Positions 62,869 through 64,000 of a DNA stretch of 64,000 nt are shown piece by piece (within the stretch, counting starts at the first letter, position 1; every line of letters starts with the position of its first letter). The stretch spans positions 1,742,037-1,806,036 of the forward strand of contig JBJCIZ010000744.1 of the NCBI GenBank assembly GCA_051294375.1, written 5' to 3'. The position numbers and the translations under genes were made by a program. This DNA is from Paraspadella gotoi (Eukaryota > Animalia > Chaetognatha). A model generated the notes under the pieces. It was not told the DNA's origin and did no database searches. It saw nothing but the letters and a program-made list of their open reading frames with translations.

Positions 62869-63705
62869 TGTCGTCGCCGAATTTCGTGGTGGGTTTAACT
62901 CTTGATCCCAAAGAAACTCCTTCCCACATCAAAAAAACCGCGTGTGATTTGACTGACGACGACGACGACAACAACAACAACAACAACGAACGAAAGGGAT
63001 GAAAGAAAATGACGACAACAAATATTCGAATCGCGTATAAAAAGATGAGGTATTATGTAAGGCGGTAAGATAACGACGACGACGAACGACGAACGAAGAC
63101 AACGACGACGACNNNNNNNNNNNNNNNNNNNNNNNNNNNNNNNNNNNNNNNNNNNNNNNNNNNNNNNNNNNNNNNNNNNNNNNNNNNNNNNNNNNNNNNN
63201 NNNNNNNNNNNNNNNNNNNNNNNNNNNNNNNNNNNNNNNNNNNNNNNNNNNNNNNNNNNNNNNNNNNNNNNNNNNNNNNNNNNNNNNNNNNNNNNNNNNN
63301 NNNGGTGAACAAACGAATCAATAAGCGGTCACCACTTTACACCTCCATCCATTTTTGCCCACTGGAGCGGTAGCATTTCATACCCCGTTACTCGTCCGAG
63401 AATCAGCAGTGCCTATGGNNNNNNNNNNNNNNNNNNNNNNNNNNNNNNNNNNNNNNNNNNNNNNNNNNNNNNNNNNNNNNNNNNNNNNNNNNNNNNNNNN
63501 NNNNNNNNNNNNNNNNNNNNNNNNNNNNNNNNNNNNNNNNNNNNNNNNNNNNNNNNNNNNNNNNNNNNNNNNNNNNNNNNNNNNNNNNNNNNNNNNNNNN
63601 NNNNNNNNNNNNNNNNNNNNNNNNNNNNNNNNNNNNNNNNNNNNNNNNNNNNNNNNNNNNNNNNNNNNNNNNNNNNNNNNNNNNNNNNNNNNNNNNNNNN
63701 NNNNN
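54908..63705. other. Region broken by assembly gaps
   Basis: N-runs at 54908-55255, 55340-55566, 55751-56648, 58660-58684, 60080-60396, 62675-62836, 63113-63303 and 63419-63705; several are bounded by microsatellites. Confidence 0.97.
61175..61462. repeat. 48-bp tandem repeat, 6 nearly identical copies
   Basis: Unit ctttaagagcagagaggaggctagcgctgagaaagttaaagagcaaag. Confidence 0.95.
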
Positions 63706-64000
63706 TTTATTTAACAAGGAATGTGGTTGCTAAATGTAAAAAAAATTGTTTTCGAGGGAAAAAAATATAAAAGGAAAAATGATTGCGAATATTATGTCAG
63801 AGTCTCTACAGAGACAATAATGAACAATGACGACGACGATGACGAAGTCGACGACGACGACGACGACGACAATGACTGCGACGACGACGACAACGACGAC
63901 GACGACAAGATCTCGTGATAAAATATTTAATTTCGGGTCAAAGATTTAATTTCTTCTTCGGTCAATTTGGTTCTGAAGAGAGAGCGTCGCCCAAAGTTGT

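Noticed and set aside
54816-63717. ORFs spanning X-runs
   Set aside because: Artefacts of N-gaps.
26800-64000. Conserved microRNA genes in the gene-poor region
   Set aside because: No full match to the conserved bilaterian mature miRNAs I could recall, only short partial matches. This is not a substitute for a miRBase/Rfam scan.

Overview
Draft-assembly window from an invertebrate animal genome: AT-rich introns, GC-rich exons, many (GA)n and (GAC)n microsatellites, and eight N-gaps after 54.9 kb. The first 25 kb is gene-dense and nested. It holds the last two exons of GPANK1, whose G-patch-splitting intron carries a complete same-strand CutC gene and a full-length tRNA-Gly(GCC)+CCA fused to a 376-bp LTR-like element. 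Next is a ~15-exon low-complexity gene (4593-13483) with what looks like a domesticated, catalytically truncated transposase N-terminal module. ICE2/NARG2 (14157-25070) follows, with an antisense NAT16/HISAT-like C-terminal coding unit inside one intron. The remaining ~39 kb has no recognisable protein-coding exon. It contains Helentron/DINE-1-like elements, degenerate tRNA-derived fragments, MITE-like foldbacks, minisatellites and motif clusters, including a 21-bp-phased TCACGTGA array. All family assignments come from manual translation and remembered motifs, not database searches. Several exons carry apparent single-base indels that are probably assembly errors.
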